Source: Centroscyllium fabricii
Taxonomy: Eukaryota
DNA: 64,000 bases
Assembly (NCBI GenBank): GCA_051313645.2
Contig: JBNRSN020000024.1
Location: 87,792,001 to 87,856,000 of the forward strand
Direction of reading: 5' to 3'
The translations under genes and the position numbers were made by a program. Under the pieces are notes generated by a model. That model was given only the letters and a program-made list of their open reading frames with translations, did no database searches and was not told where the DNA came from. Below, in pieces: positions 59,802 to 64,000 of this stretch. Every line of letters starts with the position of its first letter. Positions within the stretch are counted from its first letter, which is position 1.

Positions 59802-60484
59802 AGAAATTCGGGTTGGAGGCTTCCCGCGAGTGCAAGCCTCCAAACCACACTTACGGACCGCGCTGGCCGCTGAGCAGTGCAACCGCATGAAATCCCGATG
59901 TTGGGCTCTGCTGAACTGCCGGCGCGCCGCGCTCCTGGATCTGAGCGGCGCAGTTAGTGCGAGGCTCCGCGCGGGATCACGTGGGCCTCGGAGAGCCAAT
60001 CGGAGCACAGAATGCTCCATTCATAGGTTTGACAGGAAGACCTGTCAAACTTATGAATACTACAACCCCTGAACCTCAGTAAATCTTAAAATAAAATTTT
60101 AAAAAACATCACATTTTTAAATTAACTATCAATTAAATAAATTAGCTATTTTAAACAAAAATTTGAAAAAATAATTAACATATTTAACGGGGCTAAAAAT
60201 CAACTTATCATTCTTTAAAGTATTTAAAAATGAAAAACCTGTGGAAAAAAAATGTTTAAATTGAATTAAATCTCCACTTACCTGATGAAAAGGGGTCTTT
60301 GCGCATGAAATAAGCAGACGTATATTTCTTCATACTTACCCGGATAAAAACCTGTGAATAAAATCGGAAGTTCATTGCGCACCCGCTGCCACGCACGTGA
60401 ACAAGTTCTGACTCCTGACCCCTTCTTTCAGGGGATCGGAAGTGCCAAGCCCGTACTCACGCGTTGCGACCCTAATTTCTGGCC
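59802..60484. mobile_element. Probable TIR-type non-autonomous element
   Basis: AGAAATTCGGGTTG ... CGACCCTAATTTCT(GGCCC) inverted ends, GC-rich arms and AT-rich centre. Confidence 0.5.
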
Positions 60485-60498
60485 CATTATATAACACA

Positions 60499-61260
60499 TG
60501 GGGCAAAATTCGGTTGCGCCCCGTTTGGGGCAGAAACCGAGTTATCACCGGGGATTTCGCGCTCGGCACGGAAGTACCACCCCAGCAGCTAAGTTCGGCT
60601 TACCGCCCCGGCGAGGAAGAGGGTCGCTATCTCGGGTGCTCCACTTCCTCTCAGGGCGGTGTCGCGGGCGCAAAGTGCGGTAGCGCCGGAGCGCTATGCA
60701 GCCGCTCTGCGTAGCGCTGACGCGTTTCAGTGTCCCTCCCCTCCCGTTAAAGGGGAGTGACGCTGCGAGCTCTGCAGAGCTTCCGATGGCCCCCGAACTC
60801 CAGGGCGGCGTGGTGCCATGGCTGTAGCCTGGCACCGAGATGCAGTGCCGGGCTGTACGATGGCGGCCACCGACCATGCCAAAGACTGCCACGGAGGGCC
60901 GACCTAAAAAATTAAATGGCGGCGCGGGTGGCGGCCGCACCTCCCTTTAATTAGTGCCCCGCTAGCGGAGGTCAGCCCAGCTCGTGACCCGCGAGGCTGA
61001 CGCTGACACTGCCCGCAGCGACCTCGCGGGGCGCAGCCGAATTTCTGCCGTGGGGCACGAAGGGGTCACGGCACACCGCGATGATGTCATCGCCGGTGGC
61101 ACAGCTGCCTAGGGCCCAACCGGCAGGGGCGCGGTGCTATCAGCTAGCACCCCGCCGAATTTCTCAGGAGGCCCCCACTCAGGCAATAAACCCTTTGCGT
61201 CTCGCCAACGCCCCTTGGAGACGCTAAGGGCAGGTGCAAAAGAGCCGAATTTCACAACCA
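60499..61260. mobile_element. Probable GC-rich MITE
   Basis: GGGGCAAAATTCGGTTGCGCCCCG ... GTGCAAAAGAGCCGAATTTCAC imperfect inverted ends. Confidence 0.5.
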
Positions 61261-61430
61261 CAGTGTGTTATTGGGAATAATGCTGCAGAGTATACTATAA
61301 AGCTGTACCTTGAATTTATTTTTTATTGAATGTGGGTTTTTTTCAGGATATCTGAAGTTTGCCACGAGCCCTCTTGCAAACTTTCTCCTTGTTGAATGAC
61401 TCTGTGGATTTTGTGGTGTCCTCTGTTGGA

Positions 61431-61729
61431 ATGAAGCGGTTGCGTAGTGATGATGCTGATCAGTCTGAAGTCATTGGTTTGAATCCGCACACGGATGACA
61501 TGTTCACCGAGCATGATGAGCTGGAATTTTCCTTTTCCGCTCTCGGGCAGTCCACTGTGTCCAAGGGCCCATTGTCTTCTCCTCACAACATTTTGAAAAA
61601 GCCAGCTCATCGCTACCACTTTCGCGAAGGTGACGCCTCAAAAGCCAAGGCACCAATGGATTCCATTTTCTCGAAAGGTTATCAAACTTCACCAAAAGCT
61701 AGTGGAGCGGAAGTCCAGGAAAATGTAAA
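61431..61729 (+). CDS. TRPV1: First coding exon of a TRPV channel, probably TRPV1
   Basis: tttcAG acceptor at 61345-61346, ATG at 61431, phase-2 GTAAGT donor at 61730; MKRLRSDDADQSEV...GDASKAKAPMDSIF resembles the avian TRPV1 N-terminus (APMDS motif) as recalled; lies downstream of SHPK on the same strand. Confidence 0.75.
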
Positions 61730-61837
61730 GTAAGTGGGCAGCTCGTGATGGGTGTATGATTGAGTAAAAAGAAGTTACTGGGCAGTGCAAAAAACATGGG
61801 TCAGAGGACACAAAGAACCATGACATTAAAGCTGGTG

Positions 61838-64000
61838 GGGGTTTATACACAGTGCAGCCTGTATAGGGTACTCGAGGCGTTTATACACAGTGCAGCCTGT
61901 ATAGGGTACTCGAGGGGTTTATACACAGTGCAGCCTGTATAGGGTACTCGAGGGGTTTATACACAGTGCAGCCTGTATAGGGTACTAGAGGGGTTTATAC
62001 ACAGTGCAGCCTGTATAGGGTACTCGAGGGGTTTATGCACAGTGCAGCCTGTATAGGGCACTCGAGGGGTTTATACACAGTGCAGCCTGTATAGGATACT
62101 CGAGGGGTTTATACACGGTGCAGCCTGTATAGGGTACTCGAGGGGTTTATACACGGTGCAGCCTGTATAGGGTACTCGAGGGGTTTATACACAGTGCAGC
62201 CTGTATAGGGTACTCGAGGGGTTTATACACGGTGCAGCCTGTATAGGGTACTAGAGGGGTTTATACACGGTGCAGCCTGTATAGGGTACTCGAGGGGTTT
62301 ATACACAGTGCAGCCTGTATAGGGTACTCGAGGGGTTTATACACGGTGCAGCCTGTATAGGGTACTAGAGGGGTTTATACACGGTGCAGCCTGTATAGGG
62401 TACTCGAGGGGTTTATACACAGTGCAGCCTGTATAGGGTACTCGAGGGGTTTATACACAGTGCAGCCTGTATAGGGTACTCGAGGGGTTTATACACAGTG
62501 CAGCCTGTATAGGGTACTATAGGGGTTTATACACGGTGCAGCCTGTATAGGGCACTCGAGGGGTTTATACACAGTGCAGCCTGTATAGGGTATCGAGGGG
62601 TTTATACACAGTCCAGCCTGTATAGGGTACTCGAGGGGTTTATACACAGTGCAGCCTGTATAGGGTACTCGAGGGGTTTATACACAGTGCAGCCTGTATA
62701 GGGTACTCGAGGGGTTTATACACAGTGCAGCCTGTATAGGGTACTCGAGGGGTTTATACACAGTGCAGCCTGTATAGGGTACTCAAGGGGTTTATACACG
62801 GTGCAGCCTGTATAGGGTACTCGAGGGGTTTATACACGGTGCAGCCTGTATAGGGCACTCGAGGGGTTTATACACAGTGCAGCCTGTATAGGGCACTCGA
62901 GGGGTTTATACACGGTGCAGCCTGTATAGGGTACTCGAGGGGTTTATACACGGTGCAGCCTGTATAGGGCACTCGAGGGGTTTATACACAGTGCAGCCTG
63001 TATAGGGCACTCGAGGGGTTTATACACGGTGCAGCCTGTATAGGGTACTCGAGGGGTTTATACACGGTGCAGCCTGTATAGGGTACTCGAGGGGTTTATA
63101 CACAGTGCAGCCTGTATAGGGTACTCGAGGGGTTTATACACAGTGCAGCCTGTATAGGGTACTCGAGGGGTTTATACACAGTGCAGCCTGTATAGGGTAC
63201 TCGAGGGGTTTATACACAGTGCAGCCTGTATAGGGTACTCGAGGGGTTTATACACAGTGCAGCCTGTATAGGGTACTCGAGGGGTTTATACACAGTGCAG
63301 CCTGTATAGGGTACTCGAGGGGTTTATACACAGTGCAGCTTGTATAGGGTACTCGAGGGGTTTATACACAGTGCAGCCTGTATAGGGTACTCGAGGGGTT
63401 TATACACAGTGCAGCCTGTATAGGGTATTCGAGGGGTTTATACACAGTGCAGCCTGTATAGGGTACTCGAGGGGTTTATACACGGTGCAGCCTGTATAGG
63501 GTACTCGAGGGGTTTATACACAGTGCAGCCTGTATAGGGTACTCGAGGGGTTTATACACAGTGCAGCCTGTATAGGGTACTCGAGGGGTTTATACACGGT
63601 GCAGCCTGTATAGGGTACTCGAGGGGTTTATACACAGTGCAGCCTGTATAGGGTACTCGAGGGGTTTATACACGGTGCAGCCTGTATAGGGTACTCGAGG
63701 GGTTTATACACAGTGCAGCCTGTATAGGGTACTCGAGGGGTTTATACACAGTGCAGCCTGTATAGGGCACTCGAGGGGTTTATACACAGTGCAGCCTGTA
63801 TAGGGTATCGAGGGGTTTATACACAGTCCAGCCTGTATAGGGTACTCGAGGGGTTTATACACAGTGCAGCCTGTATAGGGTACTCGAGGCGTTTATACAC
63901 AGTGCAGCCTGTATAGGGTACTAGAGGGGTTTATACACGGTGCAGCCTGTATAGGGTACTCGAGGGGTTTATACACAGTGCAGCCTGTATAGGGTACTCG
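61838..64000. repeat. 38-bp minisatellite, about 57 copies, runs off the window end
   Basis: GGGTTTATACAC(A/G)GTGCAGCCTGTATAGGGTACTCGAG. Confidence 0.97.

Noticed and set aside
61838-64000. CRISPR-like array (38-bp palindromic repeat)
   Set aside because: Head-to-tail units with no unique spacers, no cas genes, eukaryotic context.

Overview
Repeat-rich vertebrate genomic DNA, most likely from a cartilaginous fish (shark-type CR1 LINEs, V-SINEs and Deu-domain SINEs). It holds coding exons 2-7 of sedoheptulokinase (SHPK, + strand, 5569-28023; exon 1 is not in the window) and, downstream, the probable first coding exon of TRPV1 (61431-61729), matching the SHPK-TRPV1 order of tetrapods. The rest is mobile DNA: one CR1 with an uninterrupted 919-aa ORF2 and many CR1 fragments, two full-length Gypsy-type LTR retrotransposons and several solo LTRs, Penelope-like pieces with hammerhead ribozyme motifs, Rex1/Babar-like LINE ends, tRNA- and 5S-derived SINEs, Tc1/mariner and hAT MITEs, and several minisatellites. 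Most interesting: (1) both Gypsy elements lack a tRNA primer-binding site and have instead a covarying fold-back between the LTR poly(A) signal and the leader, suggesting self-priming and/or poly(A) occlusion; (2) a covarying, U-rich-internal-loop (ENE-like) RNA structure in the 3' UTR of two CR1 copies; (3) a ~300-bp Penelope-derived palindrome with a hammerhead on each strand; (4) a 5S rRNA-derived SINE-like insert with a Rex1-like tail. Family assignments come from motif recognition by eye, not database searches.
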